Shown: piece after piece, positions 1-17,600 of the stretch
Numbering within the stretch: the stretch's first letter is position 1
Layout of the letters: each line of letters opens with the position of its first letter
Source: Eledone cirrhosa
Lineage: Eukaryota
Direction of reading: 5' to 3'
Length of the DNA: 64,000 nucleotides
Assembly: GCA_964016885.1 (NCBI GenBank)
Contig: OZ024743.1
Coordinates: 242,358,001 to 242,422,000, forward strand
The notes under the pieces: generated by a model
Databases searched by the model: none
Seen by the model: only the letters and a program-made list of their open reading frames with translations
What the model was told of the DNA's origin: nothing
Position numbers and translations under genes: made by a program

Positions 1-149
1 CTCGCAACACATAGACACAATGATATATACTAACATATACATGATACACTCACAACACATACACACAATGACATACACTAACATATACATGATACACTCG
101 CAACACATACACACAATGACATACACTAACAAATACATGATACACTCGC

Positions 150-3100
150 AACACATACACACGATGACATACACTAACATATACATGATACACTCGCAAC
201 ACATACACACAATGACATACACTAGCATATACATGATACACTCGCAACACATACACACAATGATATACACTAACATATACATGATACACTCGCAATACAT
301 ACACACAATGATATATACTAACATATACATGATACACTCGCAACACATACACACAATGACATACACTAACATATACATGATACACTCGCAACACATACAC
401 ACAGTGACATACACTAACATATACATGATACACTCGCAACACATACACACAATGACATACACTAAAAAATACATGATACACTCGCAACACATACACACAA
501 TGACATACACTAACATATACATGATACACTCGCAACACATACACACAATGATATATACTAACATATACATGATACACTCGCAACACACACACAATGACAA
601 ACACTAACATATACATGATACACTCGCAACACATAGACACAATGATATACACTAACATATATATGATACACTCACAACACATACACACAATGACAGACAC
701 TAACATATACATGATACACTCGCAACACATACACACAATGATATACACTAACATATACATGATACACTCGCAACACACACACAATGACATACACTAACAT
801 ATACATGATACACTCGCAACACATACGCAATGATATACACTAACATATACATGATACACTCGCAACACATACACACCATGATATACACTAACATATACAT
901 GATACACTCGCAACACATACACACAATGACATACACTAACATATACAAGATACACTCGCAACACATACACACAATGACATACACTAACATATACATGATA
1001 CACTCGCAGCACATACACAATGACATACACTAACATATACATGATACACTCGCAACACATACACACAATGACATACACTAATATATACATGATACACTCG
1101 CAACACATACACACAATGACATACATTAACATATACATGATACACTCGCAACACATACACACAATGATATACACTAACATATACAAGATACACTCGCAAC
1201 ACATACACAATGATATACACTAACATATATATGATACACTCGCAACACATACACACAATGATATATACTAACATATACATGATACACACGCAACACACAC
1301 ACAATGACAAACACTAACATATACATGATACACTCGCAACACATAGACACAATGATATACACTAACATATACATGATACACTCGCAACACATACACACAA
1401 TGATATACACTAACATATACATGATACACTCGCAACACATACACACAATGACATAGACTAACATATACATGATACACTCGCAACACATACACACAATGAC
1501 ATACACTAACATATACAATGATATATACTAACATATACATGATACACTCGCAACACATACAAAATGATATACACTAACATATACATGATACACTCACAAC
1601 ATACACACAATGATATACACTAACATATACATGATACACTCGCAACACACACACAATGACATACACTAACATATACATGATACACTCGCAACACATAGAC
1701 ACAATGATATATACTAACATATACATGATACACTCACAACACATACACACAATGACATACACTAACATATACATGATACACTCGCAACACATACACACAA
1801 TGATATATACTAATATATACATGATACACTCGCAACACATACACACAATGACATACACTAACATATACATGATACACTCGCAACACATACACACAATGAT
1901 ATATACTAATATATACATGATACACTCACAACACATACACACAATGACATACACTAACATATACATGATACACTCGCAACACATACACACAATGATATAT
2001 ACTAATATATACATGATACACTCGCAACACATACACAATGATATACACTAACATATACAAGATACACTCGCAACACATACACAATGATATACACTAACAT
2101 ATACATGATACACTCGCAACACATACATACAATGACATACACTAACATATACATGATACACTCGCAACACATACACACAATGATATATACTAACATATAC
2201 ATGATACACACGCAACACATAGACACAATGATATACACTAACATATACAAGATACACTCGCAACACATACACAATGATATACACTAACATATACATGATA
2301 CACTCACAACATACACACAATGATATACACTAACATATACATGATACACTCGCAACACATACACAATGATATACACTAACATATACATGATACACTCACA
2401 ACACATACACAAAATGATATACACTAACATATACATGATACACTCACAACACATACACACAATGACATACACTAACATATACATGATACACTCGCAACAC
2501 ATACACACAATGACATACACTAACATATACATGATACACTCGCAACACATAGACACAATGATATATACTAACATATACATGATACACTCACAACACATAC
2601 ACACAATCACATACACTAACATATACATGATACACTCGCAACACATACACACAATGATATACACTAACATATAAAAGATACACTCGCAACACATACACAA
2701 TGATATACTCTAACATATACATGATACACTCGCAACACATACACACAATGATATACACTAACATATACATGATACACTCGCAACACACACACAATGACAA
2801 ACACTAACATATACATGATACACTCGCAACACATAGACACAATGATATACACTAACATATACATGATACACTCACAACACATACACCCAATGACATACAC
2901 TAACATATACATGATACACTCGCAACACATACACACAATGATATACACTAACATATACATGATACACTCGCAACACACACACAATGACATACACTAACAT
3001 ATACATGATACACTCACAACACATACACCCAATGACATACACTAACATATACATGATACACTCGCAACACATACACACAATGATATACACTAACATATAC

Positions 3101-6100
3101 ATGATACACTCGCAACACACACACAATGACATACACTAACATATACATGATACACTCGCAACACATACACAATGATATACACTAACATATACATGATACA
3201 CTCGCAACACATACACACAATGATATACACTAACATATACATGATACACTCGCAACACATACACACAATGACATACACTAACATATACATGATACACTCG
3301 CAACACATACACACAATGACATACACTAACATATACATGATACACTCGCAACACATACACACAATGATATACACTAACATATACAAGATACACTCGCAAC
3401 ACATACACAATGATATACACTAACATATATATGATACACTCGCAACACATACACACAATGATATACACTAACATATACATGATACACTCGCAACACATAC
3501 ACACAATGACATAGACTAACATATACATGATACACTCGCAACACATACACACAATGACATACACTAACATATACAATGATATATACTAACATATACATGA
3601 TACACTCGCAACACATACAAAATGATATACACTAACATATACATGATACACTCACAACATACACACAATGATATACACTAACATATACATGATACACTCG
3701 CAACACACACACAATGACATACACTAACATATACATGATACACTCGCAACACATAGACACAATGATATATACTAACATATACATGATACACTCACAACAC
3801 ATACACACAATGACATACACTAACATATACATGATACACTCGCAACACATACACACAATGATATATACTAATATATACATGATACACTCGCAACACATAC
3901 ACAATGATATACACTAACATATACATGATACACTCACAACATACACACAATGATATACACTAACATATACATGATACACTCGCAACACATACACAATGAT
4001 ATACACTAACATATACATGATACACTCACAACACATACACACGATGACATACACTAACATATACATGATACACTCGCAACACATACACACAATGACATAC
4101 ACTAGCATATACATGATACACTCGCAACACATACACACAATGATATACACTAACATATACATGATACACTCGCAATACATACACACAATGATATATACTA
4201 ACATATACATGATACACTCGCAACACATACACACAATGATATACACTAACATATACATGATACACTCGCAACACATACACACAGTGACATACACTAACAT
4301 ATACATGATACACTCGCAACACATACACACAATGACATACACTAAAAAATACATGATACACTCGCAACACATACACACAATGACATACACTAACATATAC
4401 ATGATACACTCGCAACACATACACACAATGATATATACTAACATATACATGATACACTCGCAACACACACACAATGACAAACACTAACATATACATGATA
4501 CACTCGCAACACATAGACACAATGATATACACTAACATATATATGATACACTCACAACACATACACACAATGACAGACACTAACATATACATGATACACT
4601 CGCAACACATACACACAATGATATACACTAACATATACATGATACACTCGCAACACACACACAATGACATACACTAACATATACATGATACACTCGCAAC
4701 ACATACGCAATGATATACACTAACATATACATGATACACTCGCAACACATACACACCATGATATACACTAACATATACATGATACACTCGCAACACATAC
4801 ACACAATGACATACACTAACATATACAAGATACACTCGCAACACATACACACAATGACATACACTAACATATACATGATACACTCGCAGCACATACACAA
4901 TGACATACACTAACATATACATGATACACTCGCAACACATACACACAATGACATACACTAATATATACATGATACACTCGCAACACATACACACAATGAC
5001 ATACACTAACATATACATGATACACTCGCAACACATACACACAATGATATACACTAACATATACAAGATACACTCGCAACACATACACAATGATATACAC
5101 TAACATATATATGATACACTCGCAACACATACACACAATGATATATACTAACATATACATGATACACACGCAACACACACACAATGACAAACACTAACAT
5201 ATACATGATACACTCGCAACACATAGACACAATGATATACACTAACATATACATGATACACTCGCAACACATACACACAATGATATACACTAACATATAC
5301 ATGATACACTCGCAACACATACACACAATGACATAGACTAACATATACATGATACACTCGCAACACATACACACAATGACATACACTAACATATACAATG
5401 ATATATACTAACATATACATGATACACTCGCAACACATACAAAATGATATACACTAACATATACATGATACACTCACAACATACACACAATGATATACAC
5501 TAACATATACATGATACACTCGCAACACACACACAATGACATACACTAACATATACATGATACACTCGCAACACATAGACACAATGATATATACTAACAT
5601 ATACATGATACACTCACAACACATACACACAATGACATACACTAACATATACATGATACACTCGCAACACATACACACAATGATATATACTAATATATAC
5701 ATGATACACTCGCAACACATACACACAATGACATACACTAACATATACATGATACACTCGCAACACATACACACAATGATATATACTAATATATACATGA
5801 TACACTCACAACACATACACACAATGACATACACTAACATATACATGATACACTCGCAACACATACACACAATGATATATACTAATATATACATGATACA
5901 CTCGCAACACATACACAATGATATACACTAACATATACAAGATACACTCGCAACACATACACAATGATATACACTAACATATACATGATACACTCGCAAC
6001 ACATACATACAATGACATACACTAACATATACATGATACACTCGCAACACATACACACAATGATATATACTAACATATACATGATACACACGCAACACAT

Positions 6101-9100
6101 AGACACAATGATATACACTAACATATACAAGATACACTCGCAACACATACACACAATGATATACACTAACATATACATGATACACTCACAACATACACAC
6201 AATGATATACACTAACATATACATGATACACTCGCAACACATACACAATGATATACACTAACATATACATGATACACTCACAACACATACACAAAATGAT
6301 ATACACTAACATATACATGATACACTCACAACACATACACACAATGACATACACTAACATATACATGATACACTCGCAACACATACACACAATGACATAC
6401 ACTAACATATACATGATACACTCGCAACACATAGACACAATGATATATACTAACATATACATGATACACTCACAACACATACACACAATCACATACACTA
6501 ACATATACATGATACACTCGCAACACATACACACAATGATATACACTAACATATAAAAGATACACTCGCAACACATACACAATGATATACTCTAACATAT
6601 ACATGATACACTCGCAACACATACACACAATGATATACACTAACATATACATGATACACTCGCAACACACACACAATGACAAACACTAACATATACATGA
6701 TACACTCGCAACACATAGACACAATGATATACACTAACATATACATGATACACTCACAACACATACACCCAATGACATACACTAACATATACATGATACA
6801 CTCGCAACACATACACACAATGATATACACTAACATATACATGATACACTCGCAACACACACACAATGACATACACTAACATATACATGATACACTCACA
6901 ACACATACACCCAATGACATACACTAACATATACATGATACACTCGCAACACATACACACAATGATATACACTAACATATACATGATACACTCGCAACAC
7001 ACACACAATGACATACACTAACATATACATGATACACTCGCAACACATACACAATGATATACACTAACATATACATGATACACTCGCAACACATACACAC
7101 AATGATATACACTAACATATACATGATACACTCGCAACACATACACACAATGACATACACTAACATATACATGATACACTCGCAACACATACACACAATG
7201 ACATACACTAACATATACATGATACACTCGCAACACATACACACAATGATATACACTAACATATACAAGATACACTCGCAACACATACACAATGATATAC
7301 ACTAACATATATATGATACACTCGCAACACATACACACAATGATATACACTAACATATACATGATACACTCGCAACACATACACACAATGACATAGACTA
7401 ACATATACATGATACACTCGCAACACATACACACAATGACATACACTAACATATACAATGATATATACTAACATATACATGATACACTCGCAACACATAC
7501 AAAATGATATACACTAACATATACATGATACACTCACAACATACACACAATGATATACACTAACATATACATGATACACTCGCAACACACACACAATGAC
7601 ATACACTAACATATACATGATACACTCGCAACACATAGACACAATGATATATACTAACATATACATGATACACTCACAACACATACACACAATGACATAC
7701 ACTAACATATACATGATACACTCGCAACACATACACACAATGATATATACTAATATATACATGATACACTCGCAACACATACACAATGATATACACTAAC
7801 ATATACATGATACACTCACAACATACACACAATGATATACACTAACATATACATGATACACTCGCAACACATACACAATGATATACACTAACATATACAT
7901 GATACACTCACAACACATACACACGATGACATACACTAACATATACATGATACACTCGCAACACATACACACAATGACATACACTAGCATATACATGATA
8001 CACTCGCAACACATACACACAATGATATACACTAACATATACATGATACACTCGCAATACATACACACAATGATATATACTAACATATACATGATACACT
8101 CGCAACACATACACACAATGATATACACTAACATATACATGATACACTCGCAACACATACACACAGTGACATACACTAACATATACATGATACACTCGCA
8201 ACACATACACACAATGACATACACTAAAAAATACATGATACACTCGCAACACATACACACAATGACATACACTAACATATACATGATACACTCGCAACAC
8301 ATACACACAATGATATATACTAACATATACATGATACACTCGCAACACACACACAATGACAAACACTAACATATACATGATACACTCGCAACACATAGAC
8401 ACAATGATATACACTAACATATATATGATACACTCACAACACATACACACAATGACAGACACTAACATATACATGATACACTCGCAACACATACACACAA
8501 TGATATACACTAACATATACATGATACACTCGCAACACACACACAATGACATACACTAACATATACATGATACACTCGCAACACATACGCAATGATATAC
8601 ACTAACATATACATGATACACTCGCAACACATACACACAATGATATACACTAACATATACATGATACACTCGCAACACATACACACAATGACATACACTA
8701 ACATATACAAGATACACTCGCAACACATACACACAATGACATACACTAACATATACATGATACACTCGCAGCACATACACAATGACATACACTAACATAT
8801 ACATGATACACTCGCAACACATACACACAATGACATACACTAATATATACATGATACACTCGCAACACATACACACAATGACATACACTAACATATACAT
8901 GATACACTCGCAACACATACACACAATGATATACACTAACATATACAAGATACACTCGCAACACATACACAATGATATACACTAACATATATATGATACA
9001 CTCGCAACACATACACACAATGATATATACTAACATATACATGATACACACGCAACACACACACAATGACAAACACTAACATATACATGATACACTCGCA

Positions 9101-12100
9101 ACACATAGACACAATGATATACACTAACATATACATGATACACTCGCAACACATACACACAATGATATACACTAACATATACATGATACACTCGCAACAC
9201 ATACACACAATGACATAGACTAACATATACATGATACACTCGCAACACATACACACAATGACATACACTAACATATACAATGATATATACTAACATATAC
9301 ATGATACACTCGCAACACATACAAAATGATATACACTAACATATACATGATACACTCACAACATACACACAATGATATACACTAACATATACATGATACA
9401 CTCGCAACACACACACAATGACATACACTAACATATACATGATACACTCGCAACACACACACAATGACATACACTAACATATACATGATACACTCACAAC
9501 ACATACACCCAATGACATACACTAACATATACATGATACACTCGCAACACATACACACAATGATATACACTAACATATACATGATACACTCGCAACACAC
9601 ACACAATGACATACACTAACATATACATGATACACTCGCAACACATACACAATGATATACACTAACATATACATGATACACTCGCAACACATACACACAA
9701 TGATATACACTAACATATACATGATACACTCGCAACACATACACACAATGACATACACTAACATATACATGATACACTCGCAACACATACACACAATGAC
9801 ATACACTAACATATACATGATACACTCGCAACACATACACACAATGATATACACTAACATATACAAGATACACTCGCAACACATACACAATGATATACAC
9901 TAACATATATATGATACACTCGCAACACATACACACAATGATATACACTAACATATACATGATACACTCGCAACACATACACACAATGACATAGACTAAC
10001 ATATACATGATACACTCGCAACACATACACACAATGACATACACTAACATATACAATGATATATACTAACATATACATGATACACTCGCAACACATACAA
10101 AATGATATACACTAACATATACATGATACACTCACAACATACACACAATGATATACACTAACATATACATGATACACTCGCAACACACACACAATGACAT
10201 ACACTAACATATACATGATACACTCGCAACACATAGACACAATGATATATACTAACATATACATGATACACTCACAACACATACACACAATGACATACAC
10301 TAACATATACATGATACACTCGCAACACATACACACAATGATATATACTAATATATACATGATACACTCGCAACACATACACAATGATATACACTAACAT
10401 ATACATGATACACTCACAACATACACACAATGATATACACTAACATATACATGATACACTCGCAACACATACACAATGATATACACTAACATATACATGA
10501 TACACTCACAACACATACACACGATGACATACACTAACATATACATGATACACTCGCAACACATACACACAATGACATACACTAGCATATACATGATACA
10601 CTCGCAACACATACACACAATGATATACACTAACATATACATGATACACTCGCAATACATACACACAATGATATATACTAACATATACATGATACACTCG
10701 CAACACATACACACAATGATATACACTAACATATACATGATACACTCGCAACACATACACACAGTGACATACACTAACATATACATGATACACTCGCAAC
10801 ACATACACACAATGACATACACTAAAAAATACATGATACACTCGCAACACATACACACAATGACATACACTAACATATACATGATACACTCGCAACACAT
10901 ACACACAATGATATATACTAACATATACATGATACACTCGCAACACACACACAATGACAAACACTAACATATACATGATACACTCGCAACACATAGACAC
11001 AATGATATACACTAACATATATATGATACACTCACAACACATACACACAATGACAGACACTAACATATACATGATACACTCGCAACACATACACACAATG
11101 ATATACACTAACATATACATGATACACTCGCAACACACACACAATGACATACACTAACATATACATGATACACTCGCAACACATACGCAATGATATACAC
11201 TAACATATACATGATACACTCGCAACACATACACACAATGATATACACTAACATATACATGATACACTCGCAACACATACACACAATGACATACACTAAC
11301 ATATACAAGATACACTCGCAACACATACACACAATGACATACACTAACATATACATGATACACTCGCAGCACATACACAATGACATACACTAACATATAC
11401 ATGATACACTCGCAACACATACACACAATGACATACACTAATATATACATGATACACTCGCAACACATACACACAATGACATACACTAACATATACATGA
11501 TACACTCGCAACACATACACACAATGATATACACTAACATATACAAGATACACTCGCAACACATACACAATGATATACACTAACATATATATGATACACT
11601 CGCAACACATACACACAATGATATATACTAACATATACATGATACACACGCAACACACACACAATGACAAACACTAACATATACATGATACACTCGCAAC
11701 ACATAGACACAATGATATACACTAACATATACATGATACACTCGCAACACATACACACAATGATATACACTAACATATACATGATACACTCGCAACACAT
11801 ACACACAATGACATAGACTAACATATACATGATACACTCGCAACACATACACACAATGACATACACTAACATATACAATGATATATACTAACATATACAT
11901 GATACACTCGCAACACATACAAAATGATATACACTAACATATACATGATACACTCACAACATACACACAATGATATACACTAACATATACATGATACACT
12001 CGCAACACACACACAATGACATACACTAACATATACATGATACACTCGCAACACATAGACACAATGATATATACTAACATATACATGATACACTCACAAC

Positions 12101-14390
12101 ACATACACACAATGACATACACTAACATATACATGATACACTCGCAACACATACACACAATGATATATACTAATATATACATGATACACTCGCAACACAT
12201 ACACACAATGACATACACTAACATATACATGATACACTCGCAACACATACACACAATGATATATACTAATATATACATGATACACTCACAACACATACAC
12301 ACAATGACATACACTAACATATACATGATACACTCGCAACACATACACACAATGATATATACTAATATATACATGATACACTCGCAACACATACACAATG
12401 ATATACACTAACATATACAAGATACACTCGCAACACATACACAATGATATACACTAACATATACATGATACACTCGCAACACATACATACAATGACATAC
12501 ACTAACATATACATGATACACTCGCAACACATACACACAATGATATATACTAACATATACATGATACACACGCAACACATAGACACAATGATATACACTA
12601 ACATATACAAGATACACTCGCAACACATACACAATGATATACACTAACATATACATGATACACTCACAACATACACACAATGATATACACTAACATATAC
12701 ATGATACACTCGCAACACATACACAATGATATACACTAACATATACATGATACACTCACAACACATACACAAAATGATATACACTAACATATACATGATA
12801 CACTCACAACACATACACACAATGACATACACTAACATATACATGATACACTCGCAACACATACACACAATGACATACACTAACATATACATGATACACT
12901 CGCAACACATAGACACAATGATATATACTAACATATACATGATACACTCACAACACATACACACAATCACATACACTAACATATACATGATACACTCGCA
13001 ACACATACACACAATGATATACACTAACATATAAAAGATACACTCGCAACACATACACAATGATATACTCTAACATATACATGATACACTCGCAACACAT
13101 ACACACAATGATATACACTAACATATACATGATACACTCGCAACACACACACAATGACAAACACTAACATATACATGATACACTCGCAACACATAGACAC
13201 AATGATATACACTAACATATACATGATACACTCACAACACATACACCCAATGACATACACTAACATATACATGATACACTCGCAACACATACACACAATG
13301 ATATACACTAACATATACATGATACACTCGCAACACACACACAATGACATACACTAACATATACATGATACACTCACAACACATACACCCAATGACATAC
13401 ACTAACATATACATGATACACTCGCAACACATACACACAATGATATACACTAACATATACATGATACACTCGCAACACACACACAATGACATACACTAAC
13501 ATATACATGATACACTCGCAACACATACACAATGATATACACTAACATATACATGATACACTCGCAACACATACACACAATGATATACACTAACATATAC
13601 ATGATACACTCGCAACACATACACACAATGACATACACTAACATATACATGATACACTCGCAACACATACACACAATGACATACACTAACATATACATGA
13701 TACACTCGCAACACATACACACAATGATATACACTAACATATACAAGATACACTCGCAACACATACACAATGATATACACTAACATATATATGATACACT
13801 CGCAACACATACACACAATGATATACACTAACATATACATGATACACTCGCAACACATACACACAATGACATAGACTAACATATACATGATACACTCGCA
13901 ACACATACACACAATGACATACACTAACATATACAATGATATATACTAACATATACATGATACACTCGCAACACATACAAAATGATATACACTAACATAT
14001 ACATGATACACTCACAACATACACACAATGATATACACTAACATATACATGATACACTCGCAACACACACACAATGACATACACTAACATATACATGATA
14101 CACTCGCAACACATAGACACAATGATATATACTAACATATACATGATACACTCACAACACATACACACAATGACATACACTAACATATACATGATACACT
14201 CGCAACACATACACACAATGATATATACTAATATATACATGATACACTCGCAACACATACACAATGATATACACTAACATATACATGATACACTCACAAC
14301 ATACACACAATGATATACACTAACATATACATGATACACTCGCAACACATACACAATGATATACACTAACATATACATGATACACTCACA
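150..14390. repeat. ~3.88-kb higher-order repeat, four copies (3880, 3882, 2598 internally deleted, 3880 bp)
   Basis: The ordered rare-variant string CACGATG, ACTAGC, CAATAC, CAGTG, CTAAAAAAT, ACAGAC, ATACGC, GCAGC recurs. Matching ORFs start at 594, 4474, 8356, 10954 and at 3914, 7796, 10394, 14274. Confidence 0.92.
1496..1517. repeat. 22-bp half-monomer (26-bp deletion); first of 23 copies
   Basis: ATGACATACACTAACATATACA is followed directly by the next ATGATAT. Copies end just before 1518, 3576, 5398, 7458, 9280, 10056, 11878, 13936, 16324, 21612, 23962, 28690, 36602, 39424, 40538, 43026, 45848, 46962, 51636, 52796, 54860, 57208 and 61600. Confidence 0.93.
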
Positions 14391-17300
14391 ACACATACAC
14401 AAAATGATATACACTAACATATACATGATACACTCACAACACATACACACAATGACATACACTAACATATACATGATACACTCGCAACACATAGACACAA
14501 TGATATATACTAACATATACATGATACACTCACAACACATACACACAATCACATACACTAACATATACATGATACACTCGCAACACATACACACAATGAT
14601 ATACACTAACATATAAAAGATACACTCGCAACACATACACAATGATATACTCTAACATATACATGATACACTCGCAACACATACACACAATGATATACAC
14701 TAACATATACATGATACACTCGCAACACACACACAATGACAAACACTAACATATACATGATACACTCGCAACACATAGACACAATGATATACACTAACAT
14801 ATACATGATACACTCACAACACATACACCCAATGACATACACTAACATATACATGATACACTCGCAACACATACACACAATGATATACACTAACATATAC
14901 ATGATACACTCGCAACACACACACAATGACATACACTAACATATACATGATACACTCACAACACATACACCCAATGACATACACTAACATATACATGATA
15001 CACTCGCAACACATACACACAATGATATACACTAACATATACATGATACACTCACAACATACACACAATGATATACACTAACATATACATGATACACTCG
15101 CAACACATACACAATGATATACACTAACATATACATGATACACTCACAACACATACACAAAATGATATACACTAACATATACATGATACACTCACAACAC
15201 ATACACACAATGACATACACTAACATATACATGATACACTCGCAACACATACACACAATGACATACACTAACATATACATGATACACTCGCAACACATAG
15301 ACACAATGATATATACTAACATATACATGATACACTCACAACACATACACACAATCACATACACTAACATATACATGATACACTCGCAACACATACACAC
15401 AATGATATACACTAACATATAAAAGATACACTCGCAACACATACACAATGATATACTCTAACATATACATGATACACTCGCAACACATACACACAATGAT
15501 ATACACTAACATATACATGATACACTCGCAACACACACACAATGACAAACACTAACATATACATGATACACTCGCAACACATAGACACAATGATATACAC
15601 TAACATATACATGATACACTCACAACACATACACCCAATGACATACACTAACATATACATGATACACTCGCAACACATACACACAATGATATACACTAAC
15701 ATATACATGATACACTCGCAACACACACACAATGACATACACTAACATATACATGATACACTCACAACACATACACCCAATGACATACACTAACATATAC
15801 ATGATACACTCGCAACACATACACACAATGATATACACTAACATATACATGATACACTCGCAACACACACACAATGACATACACTAACATATACATGATA
15901 CACTCGCAACACATACACAATGATATACACTAACATATACATGATACACTCGCAACACATACACACAATGATATACACTAACATATACATGATACACTCG
16001 CAACACATACACACAATGACATACACTAACATATACATGATACACTCGCAACACATACACACAATGACATACACTAACATATACATGATACACTCGCAAC
16101 ACATACACACAATGATATACACTAACATATACAAGATACACTCGCAACACATACACAATGATATACACTAACATATATATGATACACTCGCAACACATAC
16201 ACACAATGATATACACTAACATATACATGATACACTCGCAACACATACACACAATGACATAGACTAACATATACATGATACACTCGCAACACATACACAC
16301 AATGACATACACTAACATATACAATGATATATACTAACATATACATGATACACTCGCAACACATACAAAATGATATACACTAACATATACATGATACACT
16401 CACAACATACACACAATGATATACACTAACATATACATGATACACTCGCAACACACACACAATGACATACACTAACATATACATGATACACTCGCAACAC
16501 ATAGACACAATGATATATACTAACATATACATGATACACTCACAACACATACACACAATGACATACACTAACATATACATGATACACTCGCAACACATAC
16601 ACACAATGATATATACTAATATATACATGATACACTCGCAACACATACACAATGATATACACTAACATATACATGATACACTCACAACATACACACAATG
16701 ATATACACTAACATATACATGATACACTCGCAACACATACACAATGATATACACTAACATATACATGATACACTCACAACACATACACAAAATGATATAC
16801 ACTAACATATACATGATACACTCACAACACATACACACAATGACATACACTAACATATACATGATACACTCGCAACACATAGACACAATGATATATACTA
16901 ACATATACATGATACACTCACAACACATACACACAATCACATACACTAACATATACATGATACACTCGCAACACATACACACAATGATATACACTAACAT
17001 ATAAAAGATACACTCGCAACACATACACAATGATATACTCTAACATATACATGATACACTCGCAACACATACACACAATGATATACACTAACATATACAT
17101 GATACACTCGCAACACACACACAATGACAAACACTAACATATACATGATACACTCGCAACACATAGACACAATGATATACACTAACATATACATGATACA
17201 CTCACAACACATACACCCAATGACATACACTAACATATACATGATACACTCGCAACACATACACACAATGATATACACTAACATATACATGATACACTCG

Positions 17301-17600
17301 CAACACACACACAATGACATACACTAACATATACATGATACACTCACAACACATACACCCAATGACATACACTAACATATACATGATACACTCGCAACAC
17401 ATACACACAATGATATACACTAACATATACATGATACACTCGCAACACACACACAATGACATACACTAACATATACATGATACACTCGCAACACATACAC
17501 AATGATATACACTAACATATACATGATACACTCGCAACACATACACACAATGATATACACTAACATATACATGATACACTCGCAACACATACACACAATG
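12650..17600. repeat. 2388-bp tandem duplication
   Basis: Identical ORF pairs offset by 2388: 12726/15114, 13154/15542, 13532/15920, 14356/16744, 14736/17124. Confidence 0.88.
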
